Source: Magallana gigas (taxonomy: Eukaryota). From it: DNA of 64,000 nt. The stretch covers positions 806,001 to 870,000 of the forward strand of contig NC_088854.1 in NCBI RefSeq assembly GCF_963853765.1, given 5' to 3'. Below, in pieces: positions 1-12,100 of the stretch. Position 1 is the first letter of the stretch; each line of letters starts with the position of its first letter. The notes beneath the pieces are model-generated. The model ran no database searches. It was given only the letters and a program-made list of their open reading frames with translations, and was not told the origin of the DNA. The translations under genes were made by a program, and so were the position numbers.

Positions 1-2197
1 TGAAATTATTTTCCAAACATTAATAGCCTTCAGCATAATGTAATGTGTGTTTATTCTTCACTGCCCTGTTTCATCATGGCCTTGATTAAGATACATGAAT
101 TGGCATTAGAATGTTGCCCCTCCCTCACCCTTCCACACTTTAGTATGACAGTAGTATGGGGGGGGGGGGGGGGGGGGGGGGGGGTTTCACTTCATTAACA
201 ATGACTGTACTATTATGGGGGGGGGGGGTGTTTCACTTCATTAACAATGACTGTACTATTATTACAATAGCTGTACAACTCTAAGAGTCTCCTCCTAATT
301 ACTGAGCATACTCTCAATATCTATATGAAGAGCACATTTTCAGAAAATGGTTCTATGTATCATATTTATAATTGTCTAATGTGCCCCATCATCAGGCAGG
401 AGACGGTCGGCCAAGGGTTCTACTTATCTCATTTCCAGAGGTAATTCACACCCCATCACAGAGCCATTTAGTACATATTGTAGGAGACCATCAGCCTTGT
501 GTCGGCATCAACAGTACTTAGGAATTTTATATTCATTTCATAATTAATTACCTTCACCAACAATGAAGAATTAACACTGTACCAAGCATAACCTGAAGTC
601 AAGTCCTTCTTAATACGAAGGACTTCTTAATACGAAAATTGGAGTTTCTTAATCAAGATAAAAATACAAGATATTATTGAGCTGCAATAATTCTACAATT
701 CTGTTGCAATAATTCTACAAATTTGTTTATCTGACATATCCCTCAACCCCCTATCCCCCCCTATCCCCCCCTAAAAAAATAAAATTCAAAATGAGGCCGG
801 CTCTGGTTTGATGATTATATTCCTGGTCCTTTTCATTCTGTATTTTCCATTTTCACATAGTTTTGCAAAATTACAGTTTTTGAAATAGTATCGAACACGT
901 TATATGACAATTGGTTTAAATAAAGACATAGTCCTTTTGACTAATCACTATGATTTATAATATGTTTTCATGATGACGTCCAATTTTCAATAAATTAACT
1001 ACCGACAACATACAGGCACAGCGTTTACTCGGAAAACCAGACATTTGTTTTAACTTAATTTTCAAAAAATTTGAACTCGAAAAAAATTTATCAAAACTTC
1101 AATCAAATTAGGAAAACCCAGTACATAATGTATCATTATAATTAAGATGAATAATAAAATTACTGAAAAAGTAATAATTTTAAATCAATTTGTTATGATC
1201 AATCAAATTTAATCCTAACCTCACGTCCTATAATAATTAAAATATCCTTCTCTTTAACAATTCAAAAAATGATAAATAAAATATCTCAGATTCTCTAAAT
1301 AAATAACACTTACTTTATTTTAAAAGATTTTTGGAGAAATCTGATACTTAAAAGGTAAAAATAATCTGTTTATAGCTGAAGGCCAAATGGTGAACTTGTT
1401 CATGCCCAAATTATCTCCACGGCTGTATAGTTTAAATCACCGTACCCATACCATGCTACCTTAACCAACGTACATAATATATTCCATCATGACAGTGTAA
1501 GAATTACATGTACCAGAATACTAATACAATTGCAGATACATCTACAGATATTAATGGTCTACCAGTTATACTAGTATAGGGGTTCACTGGGACTATATAG
1601 TGTAACTCTAATTATGAATATATAATATCCAAATTTCCTTCTCCCAAGCTAACAACATTTTGTGTTTTAGGTAACTTTAGTAAGAATTCATTGAGGACAA
1701 AATAATCAGTGACAAAGATATTGATTCATAATAAATGCATTGCACCTATGTGTTATGATGAGAGAAATAGCCCACATACCTTTGACTTGACGTTACTAAT
1801 TTTAAATACCTCAGGTAGCACTCATACCTGTCGTGCGTTCAACCAAAACAAGCAGGTAATCATCTCTAATAATCACTGATCAAGTGTTAGAGATTAGCAG
1901 CAGTGAAATTTATCTACAAGTCCTTCAGCTTATGTATTACATGGGTCACTCTGTCTTTACGACTGAGGAAGAGAGTCCTAACTTTACATTTAGTGAACAT
2001 GGGCTATAGGGCTGAAAATTTTGATTGACATTGAAACTCTACTCACTTAATATAAAATGTTAATCTTATTTCAACAAAAGACCTCAATGGGTGGGACAGC
2101 AGGCATTGCCTGAAGAAATCTTCTTCATCCCTTGACTCAAAATACTCTTAAATCTCACCCATGCTGAGGCCTGAAGTTCCAAAACTCAGACTGGGCA

Positions 2198-2293
2198 TGA
2201 TCTATCTGACAGTAGACAATCTTACAGTGTGATCTATCTGACAGTAGACAATCTTACAGTGTGATCTATCTGACAGTAGACAATCTTACAGTG
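2198..2293. repeat. 32-bp tandem repeat x3
   Basis: TGATCTATCTGACAGTAGACAATCTTACAGTG in three exact copies. Confidence 0.95.
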
Positions 2294-4105
2294 AACAGTT
2301 CTGTCAGAGTGACTCCTCTTGGGCATGCTGTTATCGGGGCTCAGTTGATCAATCAGACACTCCCCCTTTCTGTCCACACATAGCTACAGCTACTGGGGGT
2401 GGGTGGAGGGGCATGTACTGGGAATATGTGGGTGAGAGCAGAGTGCATGACGATAATTGACACTGCTCTGCAGTTGTTTACAACTATTCCAAAACACTGC
2501 GGGTGTTAGTGGGTAGTGATATAGTTATATCAAATTAAGATTAACACAGAATCGAATTGGAACCAAACCTATTCCAATACTTCTGACATTTTGATTTGGA
2601 GGACAAATTATATTAACTACTCTTAAATAAGGCAATCCCGCTGAAAATTAACTCGGTATTGCATGAAAATTAGCTGGACAAATTCAATGGTACTTTTGCA
2701 CACAGTTTCTCGGTGTGAGTCAACTTTGCTTTGTTACTTAAAAGCTTTAGTGTCAAGCGTTTAAATATAGCTTAAACAGTCATGAAACACTTGACAATGC
2801 CTTTTCCTTTCAAACTGATATTTAGTTTTATAACAATCAATTTTTCTATTCTGTTAATGACCTGCCATATGTTTGAGTCTGCAAGTGGATGCTCTGCTCC
2901 CAATTGACTTAATAAACTTGAATGGCATTAAATTACCCCAATTCTCTACACTGCATACCCCAAGTGCTTCGGATCCACTTATTAATAAATATGAGTACCC
3001 CTAAATGTCACCGAGGCAATGAACATGGACATTATCCATAAACTCAAATAGAACAGTTCATCCATATTTTTCTGCTCTCCTAAAACCTCCCTACAAAATC
3101 ACATGTTTCAATAGTGTGTAGAAAGAAAAAAATATAGCTAGCTAGTTTATAATGGAAGATCTACGTGACATTTTAACTGATCACCAAGTGGATTATGAAC
3201 CTCTTAACAAACTTAAGAAATACTGCTCTGCCATTGTTAAAGTAGAAAAAAAGAACGAATTGAAATGAGAGAATTTAAAGTACTGTACTGCTCTTATTTT
3301 TCTACATAAGACTTAGGATAAACAGCTTTTAATCCAATCTACAAAATTCCAAATAGGCAGTCAATTTTCTGTCTAAACATGTTATAAGGCTGATCAAGAT
3401 TAAATACTTTGGCCTTTCAGTCTGTATGTCAATAAATAATATTGAGGTATTCTGACAAGGAAAATATCGTCTGCTGTGAGAAGAATCTTCTCTTAAGACT
3501 GTCTCATAAAATTGTCCTTGCAAAATTTAGTAAAGAATGAAAATTGAATTGTTTTTTAATTTGCTGCAGCATATTATTAATACCCTCTATAGTGTAATAG
3601 TTATTGTACTTACTGAGTAAAGAAGCACAAGAAATGTGCATAGACATAACTGGTCGTGAAGAAATATCATCAAGTATTGTATAAATAACATCTTCAAATA
3701 TCTGTTTAATTCTTCACATATTGCTTGTCCTTAGACAACTTACATTGTTGGTGTAAGGAACAGAATGCTGATGAGTTTATTAATGCTTACATATTTCTTT
3801 TTTTTAAAATTTGACATATACCTGACAAAACCAACAAGTCAGTTATCTTAAATTAATCCATATAATTAAAGATCGTATAACTACTCTTATCATATTAATT
3901 TATTTATCAAGAAACAAGTTATTTGCTCTTCTAATTAATATACATATTTTACACATTTCATGAGAATGATGAGCCTCAGAAATAAAAAGTAAAAAGTTTT
4001 GGGAAGAGTAACAAGGTCTTTTGAATCTGTGAAGTTAAACAAAGCAACTTCAAAACAAAAACTAGCAAAATGACATCAATGTCAAGTGAATACAAAAACG
4101 CTTAC

Positions 4106-4204
4106 AGCTCTAAAGATTTTCCAGGCCCCTGTCAGGCGGAATTTCTTCTCTGGGGGCGATTTGACCATCCATCCCGAATACACTACGTTAGCTATCTTGT
4201 TCAT
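4106..4204 (-). CDS. GAB: First coding exon of a GAB/DOS-family (GRB2-associated binder) PH-domain adaptor; the rest of the gene lies left of the window or was not found
   Basis: The minus strand reads ATG at 4204, then MNKIANVVYSGWMVKSPPEKKFRLTGAWKIFRA, ending at a phase-0 GTAAG donor (4105-4101). The GW-x2-KSPPEKK motif matches the start of the GAB1/DOS PH domain. It is too short for the supplied ORF track. Confidence 0.85.
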
Positions 4205-4319
4205 TTTTCACTTTCTTTCCGGCTCCCTGATTCCAACATTTATCCCGATGACGATATCCAAAATAAGACCATGTTTACGTATCAACTAATCATTTCATCT
4301 CATCATCTTTTTCAAGAAG

Positions 4320-4532
4320 ATACAGGAAGTGTACAAATATTGTTTTTCTGCCAAACTCAATAATGGCTTCTTAGTAGTGCCCGGAAATGCTTCGTGTATG
4401 TAACGAGCGTTTTGATTGGATGCCAACATTTCTCACTGTCAAATGAAATTTTTTTTTTAAATAGATACCGAAAGAGAAAATAGACAAGTGCTGTCTAGAG
4501 ACACAAAAACGGGAATGGTAGCAACAGTAAGT
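4320..4532. promoter_or_regulatory. Candidate bidirectional promoter/5' region between GAB (-) and CAPN15 (+)
   Basis: ETS-like CAGGAAGT (4323-4330) and CCGGAAAT (4381-4388), an inverted CCAAT box (ATTGG, 4415-4419), and a strong plus-strand donor CA|GTAAGT at 4527 that could end a non-coding CAPN15 first exon. Confidence 0.45.
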
Positions 4533-4759
4533 TAACTTTTGTCATATAATTAAGAAATTAATTGTTGATATTCAAATTCCAGAATAATTTTAACGGATTA
4601 CCATTTCAACGTCTTCATCAAAGTGCTGACTGAAACTGTCAAAACCTCAAAACGTTTCACTGGCTCAGTTAGTTGCTGAGTAAGTTCCCTTACCATGTTG
4701 TAGCACAGTGGTACAGTACCTTGTTAAATCTCTCTCTGGAAGGATTTTTGTATGAGAAT

Positions 4760-4965
4760 GGTCTTTTTTTTTAAATTTCACCTAAATTAATTAATTTATC
4801 CAATCCCCACTGAGCTGTCTCATTTCAATGAATACCTATGGAGAGAAGAAAGAAATAGCTGAAAAATTAAGTATTCCGGACCAGGCTGGGATTCGAACAC
4901 GGCCTCCTGAATCTCTGGTCAGGGGCTCTACCTACTGAGCCATCTGGCGACTGTGATCAAACTGG
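4760..4965 (-). mobile_element. tRNA-derived SINE
   Basis: Minus-strand A-box TGGCTCAGTAGG (4942-4931) and B-box GTTCGAATCCC (4898-4888), with no complete cloverleaf. A related copy lies at 53340-53440. Boundaries are approximate. Confidence 0.75.
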
Positions 4966-7900
4966 TGTGATCATATAACCCCATTATATGTATCAGTTTA
5001 GATTGAGGTAGAAAAGTAGGAATTTTTCCAAATCTGCAGGACTTTATTGATGTTTGCCTAAAACTGTGTCTCCCAGCTAGGAACAAGAAATATAATGAAA
5101 CTTCTGAAATCTGGCTGGCTGTTGGATTCAACTTCCCCTGTGTTGTAGTTGCATCCTGACATATTTTGCTTTTTAATATTTTTAATCCAATTATATTCCT
5201 AAAAACCTCTGAGTGCAGAGCCCAACAAAAATCATGTGAGAACAGCCATGAAATAAAATCTTAAGATATTTCTTTCCAATAGCCCCATGATCTCAATCCA
5301 TCTTGTTTGGTTAAAGAATGCATCTAAAAATAAAAATAAAAAGTACCTAGATAATAAAATTTGTTTGAGAATTGTGAAAGGTATGCAACGAACTTCCAAT
5401 GGTTAGATTTTCCCATTATGAATGTCTTGTAGAAATTTGTTTTCACTCATCATGCTCATGTCATTTTATCTAGGAAAATGAGAGGACATGTCAATGAAGG
5501 TATCTTGGATTTGTGCCCAATATGATTTCTTTTTTCTTTTTTGATGGGTTATTTTTTTTTATAAAATAGACTTTAGATTTTTATATCCCCACATGTTAAT
5601 CAGCTTTTGAGAATTTGTTTACACCAATATTATCAGCAGCACACATTTCCCAAACCTACAAACTACCACTGATCACTGTACAAGATCAAAACCTTTATAC
5701 GTGCATTTAATCACACACTGCTCAATCATTACCACAGGGTCTAGACTACAATAATTCTTTGATTTTTCAATGGCAATTGTATATTATCTATACAGTGTAT
5801 AAGATAATGATGTCTTTCCAGTAGGCCCCCGCCTTACTATGTTAATATCTACAATATGCCAATAAAAAAATGCTTTTTTCTGAGTTATCTATGTCATTTT
5901 ACTTCAATAATAATACATTACATTAATCTTAATCCTCAGGAAAGTGTTCAGGAAATTATACTTTGTGAAATTAATGGCAATTGATCCTCTAATTGGTTTG
6001 AAATTGTGAATTATGACGAGACAACTCACGAGGCAGTGGATCTCGGTTAATTATCACACGGTCAGCTGACACCTGACAGAGACCAATCTACAAACACCTT
6101 CCTAGAGAAGTAAAGGTTTTGTTATATGCTGAAATTGGCTATTAATTACAATAGAAAGTTGTGTGTTTGCTAGTGTCAGATAGGACTCAAAGAAATATTG
6201 CTGATAGAGAGGTTTCCTGGGGTGGACAGTTGTATTAACTAAAGGTGGTAAAATTGACACACTAGCTAGACATTAATAAAAGGGAGATAATTTGTTGCTC
6301 TACATGGATTTCTTCAGTGGCAATCTTGTGTCAGTGAGGTTTGTTCCAAATTCATCAATATTCATCAATAGCTTAATAGTAGTATATAGTCAATATCAAT
6401 ATACTGAGGATAAAAATGTGATCACACTGATCCAAACATTTTAATTCATAATTATTGCACTGTTTTTGTTTGTATAATTTTGCAAATGCTGCGGAAATTA
6501 TATACTTTGCATTTGCTGCATACTGCAAATGAAGTATTTGTTTAATATCATGGTGAAATAAATTTATGCTTCTTCACCTGCATGATTTTAATGCGGCCAA
6601 AGAATTTTTGCGATAGTGGACTTTTACCTAGAGCTTTTGTTTAACTGGACTTATCATTTGCCCTAAGGTAAAAAATAATTATGGACTTGCTGAAGGGCTG
6701 TAATAGAAATATTTTCTCACATATTCCTCCAATAAATCTATAGAATGCAGCATGGATTTGCTCGACTGTGAGAACTTAATCAGGTTTAATCGCGTCCTTT
6801 TAAATTTACCACCTTTAAGCTTGGTTGGCCACCAGTGTAGTACATCCGAGTAAACAGTACACGCTGGTTGTGTACAGAGTCTCACTCTCGCTCTCAGCAC
6901 CGACTCACTGCCGAGTCTGACAATTTGGCTCCCTCCCCCCTCCCTGTAGTACCATAGGATACCTGTGACAATTAGGAGGGAGACTTTCACTTTACAGGTA
7001 ATGTGCGCCGTTTGTTTTGCCTGACTAATGACTGTGCACCTGTACAGGTTTTTACCTGGAGCTGTGTATTGTAATGAATAATGTGTATTCAGCTGACTGT
7101 TATTGCTGTACCTTCTCAAGTTGCTGTGCTGCAAGAACTGTCAAAAATTTTAAGGAAAATAACCTGTAACAGTTTATAAATTAATGAAAATTTAATGAGG
7201 TGTTCTGTACATGTTGCCTTACAAGCGGACATTCGTGAAATTTCACACCGTATTGAAACACCTTCCATTGTTTGTGTCTCTGGGGGAGGAAGTACAAACA
7301 TTGGTCTTCTTTGATAAACAAGCTATGGTTTGTTATTGGAGCTAATTGTTTGAAGTGTAAACTGGACGCTAACTGAGGACCAGGTATGTGAGTTTTATGA
7401 TGACCCCAGGCCAAGGGTCCATTGTGATCTACAAGTATTCGGTTGATTTGTTTATCAAAAGTGCATCAGGTAGTGAGGGGCTGGAAATTCCTGGACACCT
7501 GTCTCAGGTTTCTACCTGGTGTACATACCTGGTTGACATGACGTGTTGTGGAATCTGATCACTAGACAGGTGTATGAAAACTTTCTCTCATTATTTATAT
7601 AACATAGGTAATGTCCTGTTCCAAGAAATTCAAGCAAGGTAATTCTAGGACCCAACAGCTCAAAAAACTGTCTCTTACACAGGGATCTACATCATAAATA
7701 CATTTGTTTAACTGGAATTACTTGAGGTATGAAAACTTGCCTATCTGTTTCACAAAGTATTGTCTTTTTCAAGATTCCTAAGATATTGTCAACCTTAAAA
7801 AATGATATTATTCAAGGTAAATTATGTGCACCGTCATTTCTGGTGATGTGATCAGTGGTATTGTTCTCTGGGAGAGGACAGGGGTGGGGTGAAATCTGAC

Positions 7901-9108
7901 GACTGTCCTATCAGTGGGGAATCACAGAGACACGGTGGTCCGTGGAGCAGCTATTGTCTATGTTTACTTATCTCTTTCTTGTCCACCTGATTAATCAAGC
8001 TGTCAATTGTTAACAAACATCTGCAAGCAGTGCCCTATCTGTGTATATATACCTACCACAAAGTTAAAACAATTCAGCAATTCCAGCGTTCACTCCAGGG
8101 CAACCTTATGTTGAGAAGGTTTAAGTTGGTACCACTGATTAGCTTTTTATATTCTTATTCAATTTCTAACCACAAAAAAATCGGGTAATGGTAGAAATTC
8201 ACCAGCCTGATTAGAATTTAAACCCCTCACTCATCTCAAAATTGTGTGGCATTCGCAAATATATTTAAATTTACACCATAAACCTCTAAAAGAATTCTAT
8301 TAATGAGTGACTGCGGGCACAGATTAACTGTTTTGTCTTAATCCTAATCAGGACGGTCTCTGAATGAGGAAATTAGGTACATGTCTATAAAACCGACCGA
8401 TGGGCTTACACCAAGTGTCAACCTGTACAGTAAGTGCGATGTTTTATCGTGAATTGATGATGTGCAGTCATTTAGCGTTATTTGTCTCATGCGGTTGTCT
8501 TTGATGGCGATGACCAATCGTCTGTCTCGCGTGGCTCCCTTCAAGGGGATGACCAATCACCTCCATCTGTTCATCAGTAGTCAGTGTTGTTTTTTATCCT
8601 CAAACAGCTCGACTTCTACTGAGGATTACCCTGTACATGTAGTTTTATACATGTAGTGGCTTGGGGCCTGTATATGTAGTGTCTGACTGGCCGTTCATAG
8701 ACACAGGTATAGAGAGACGGGAACAGTTAGATTGCTACAGCACTGTGTGTAACACGTCTCTATGTCTGTTATTAAATTTTACAAGCATTTGTTTTACAAT
8801 GACCCGTGGTATACTGTACCACAATGCTGTATGTGAGGTGAATTTATAATGGTACATGTGGAATTTTAACAAGTTCTGTCTCGTGGACGTAAATGGCAAC
8901 ATTTGTTGTCCATTATTCTCAATTCTAAACAGGGACATTATCTACTGTGAGGTTTAAAACATGTTTTTTCTTTCATTTATGCAGGTTGGTTCTTTGTTGT
9001 GCATGAAATTGCATGTAGTTGGTAACATCTACAATTTAATAAGATTACAGTTTGTTTAATTTTCATTTCAGAGAGACTTTGACGTTGGTGATGATGGAGT
9101 GAGTAGGG

Positions 9109-12100
9109 ATGCATGAGCCAATGGAAGTGGATGGATACTGGGCGTGTAGCCATTGTAGTCTTAGCAACAGCCAACTGATAGACATCTGCCAAGCCTGTCA
9201 CGTACCCAGAAAACCCAACTCTGTGGACAAAAGTAAAGGGGCCATCCCCAAAACTAGGGTCAAAAGATCGAAGCCCATCACAACCAGGCCATCTCCTGTA
9301 GGAGGGCCGGGAACCAGCTCACAGGAAACAGTTATAGTGGATGGTGAGGATGTGGAGGATGATGTGTGGAAATGTGGAAACTGTAATATGAAAAACTCAG
9401 GGAAAGTGGAAAACTGTATCAGTTGTAACGAAAATAAATTCAAAGAAGTGATCATGATAAATGATGATGATGAGTACGTTGTTAAATACAACCACTGTAA
9501 AGGGGATGACAAAGGAGCAACAGAAGATAGCATAGGCCAAAGTAAAGATGTAACAAAGAATGTGATTGGTCAGAATGAGGACAAATTCTGGAACTGTAGT
9601 AAGTGTACATTCAAAAACTCAGCAAAAAATAAAAACTGCGAAGTTTGTCAATATCCAAAAGAAGTTAAGTTACCGACTTTGGATTCTGTGTCAGAGTTTG
9701 AAGCGAAAAAAGTGGAGTACCCAACAACCAGTAAACGAGGCGAGCCTGATGGAATGGAGTCAGAGATAGAGGTAGGGGGAGCCACTGCTAATCCTCCAGA
9801 TCCCAAACCCTCTGTGGATGCACCATCCAGGAAGAAGCTTCACCATCCCCGAGCCAAGTCAGACCCAGTGTTTATAGAGGACGGTAGGGAGTGGACATGC
9901 CCTGTCTGTAGCTTCGCGTGTAATCCTAGCTGGTGTCCGAAATGTTCAAAGTGTCAGAAGGGAGAGATTCCTGGGGGAATACCCCGGGGTAGAGCCAAAA
10001 CTCCCAATGGAAAGTTCCCCGCCATTACCCCTCAGCACAACCCAATAAAGAAAGTCCACTCCTCTCCCAGAGAGTCGCCTGACTCCGGGAAAAAGGAGCA
10101 GAAGAAGGACAAAGGATTCTGGGTGTGTAACCGTTGCACCTTCCATAACCCCAATGTGGAGCGCATGTGCAAGATTTGTGGGGGTCGAAGGTCAACTTCA
10201 GAACTTGATATGAGTAACTATTGGAGTTGTGATAAGTGCACATTACACAATCCAGTGGAAAATGCATCCTGTGCTGCATGTGGTTTTAAAAGGAATGTTT
10301 CTAATTTGGATCCTTTTTTTAATGTAAGAACTACCCCTGTGTCCGAACCCAAAACAGACAGTCCAAGGCATGTCGATAAAAACGCAGCCAATAGAAAGGA
10401 AGAGAGTGCTAAATCTGACAAGATGGGCAATGCCAAGAAGTTGAACAGTGCTGAAAGAAACAAAATGCAAGGAAAGGCAGGTGAGAAAGACAAACCATCA
10501 AAGGAGGAGGACAAGGTGTCAAAATCAGCACAGGAAAAAACAGACAATACGCCCAAGTCATCACTGGAGAAAATTAAAGATAAAACTCCAAAATCATCGC
10601 TAGAGAAGAACAAAGATAAAACTCCTAAATCATCACTAGAGAAGAACAAAAATAAAACTCCTAAATCATCGCTAGAAAAGAACAAAGATAAAACTCCTAA
10701 ATCATCGTTAGAAAAGAACAAAGAAAAGGAAAAAGGCAAGAACAAAAGCCTGGAGAAAGAGAAGAACAAGAGCTTGGAGAAAGACAAGCTTTGGTCATGT
10801 TACCAGTGCACCTACAAGAATCCGCTCAAGATGGCCGACTGTCAGATGTGTGGCAGTAGTAAGTCCCACAGGAAACACTTCGACCCGAACCTGATCACGC
10901 TCACGCGACAGCCGAGTTCCCTGATGGCCGACATCCGTAAGATCGAGGAGGACGAGGCGCTGGAGCTGTGGCAGCACATCACCCTGTTCTGTGGACAGGT
11001 AGGTCGAAGGTCAAAGGTGACAGGTATTCTACTGTAATGTCATGGGACCTTGTTCTTGTTACAATCAAAATCTACAGGATGGTCAAAATAAGAAATATTT
11101 CTATAGATACCAGATTTCTCCTGATGAGAAACACAATTCTCATACTCCTAAAGCCCCTCACTTCATTTGCTAGAAATCAAATGATTCCACAGTCAGTATA
11201 TAGCATCAGTTAGTATAATGTTAGAAAAACACATAAGTCAGATCACTTTAAAGTGGCCAGATTATAAGGGTTAAACTCCATATACATTGATACATCAGTA
11301 TACATGTACTTAAAACTCTGCAAGTCGAGCGTTTCATATACATGTTCATGTATTGTCTTGAACACAATTTTACATTCAGAAATAGGAATATACATAGTAA
11401 AGAGTACTTTTGGAAAACAATTTGCTATCTTTTGAGATGTTCTAAATTATGACAAATGTGGAAAAGCATTGATCATGTAGATACGGTACAGATAAGTGTA
11501 ACAGTTACTATGTATTAGTTAAGATAAGTGTAACAGTTACTATGTATTAGTTAAGCTGTAGTAACTGTATATTGCCCTGTCAGGAATGAGCTCATTATGA
11601 CATTTTTGAAGATCCATGAAATCATCATTTGATATTTTATCCATTAAGCATAAGAATAATTACTTCTTTAAAACATATTTATTGTACTGCTTTGTTGAAG
11701 AGTTCCCGAGGTGCTTCAGTAACCTATCCTACACATAAGTATACAGCGATTTGTGTTATTTGTAATGACATAGTTGCTACCTGTATTGGTTTTACTATTA
11801 GAGTGTGACGTAAGAAACTCATTGCAATATTGAATTGTGGCCGATCCATTCATTTCTAAACAGGCCACTCCCTCTTAGTGCAGAGTGTGCAAACAAAAGA
11901 GAGCATAACGAGCACATACAGCCAACAATCTATGAATAAAGGTCCTAGGCCAAACACTACAGAAACGGTGTCTTAAGAAGAGAAGTTCTACAAAGAAACT
12001 AATTCTGTTCATTCAAAAGTTCCCAGCCTGCAAATGGGGCACATTTAACTCAACAACCAATTGGGCACATTAAACTAAACAACAAATTGGGCACATTAAA

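Noticed and set aside
4070-4363. Plus-strand ORFs 4070-4363 and 4086-4289
   Set aside because: They are antisense shadows of the GAB first exon and have no recognisable product.
4878-4945. tRNA gene
   Set aside because: A- and B-boxes are present but I could not form an acceptor stem or cloverleaf. A decayed second copy exists, so it is better explained as a SINE.
10218-10787. 189-aa minus-strand ORF and other antisense ORFs over CAPN15
   Set aside because: These are shadows of the Lys-rich coding repeat on the opposite strand.
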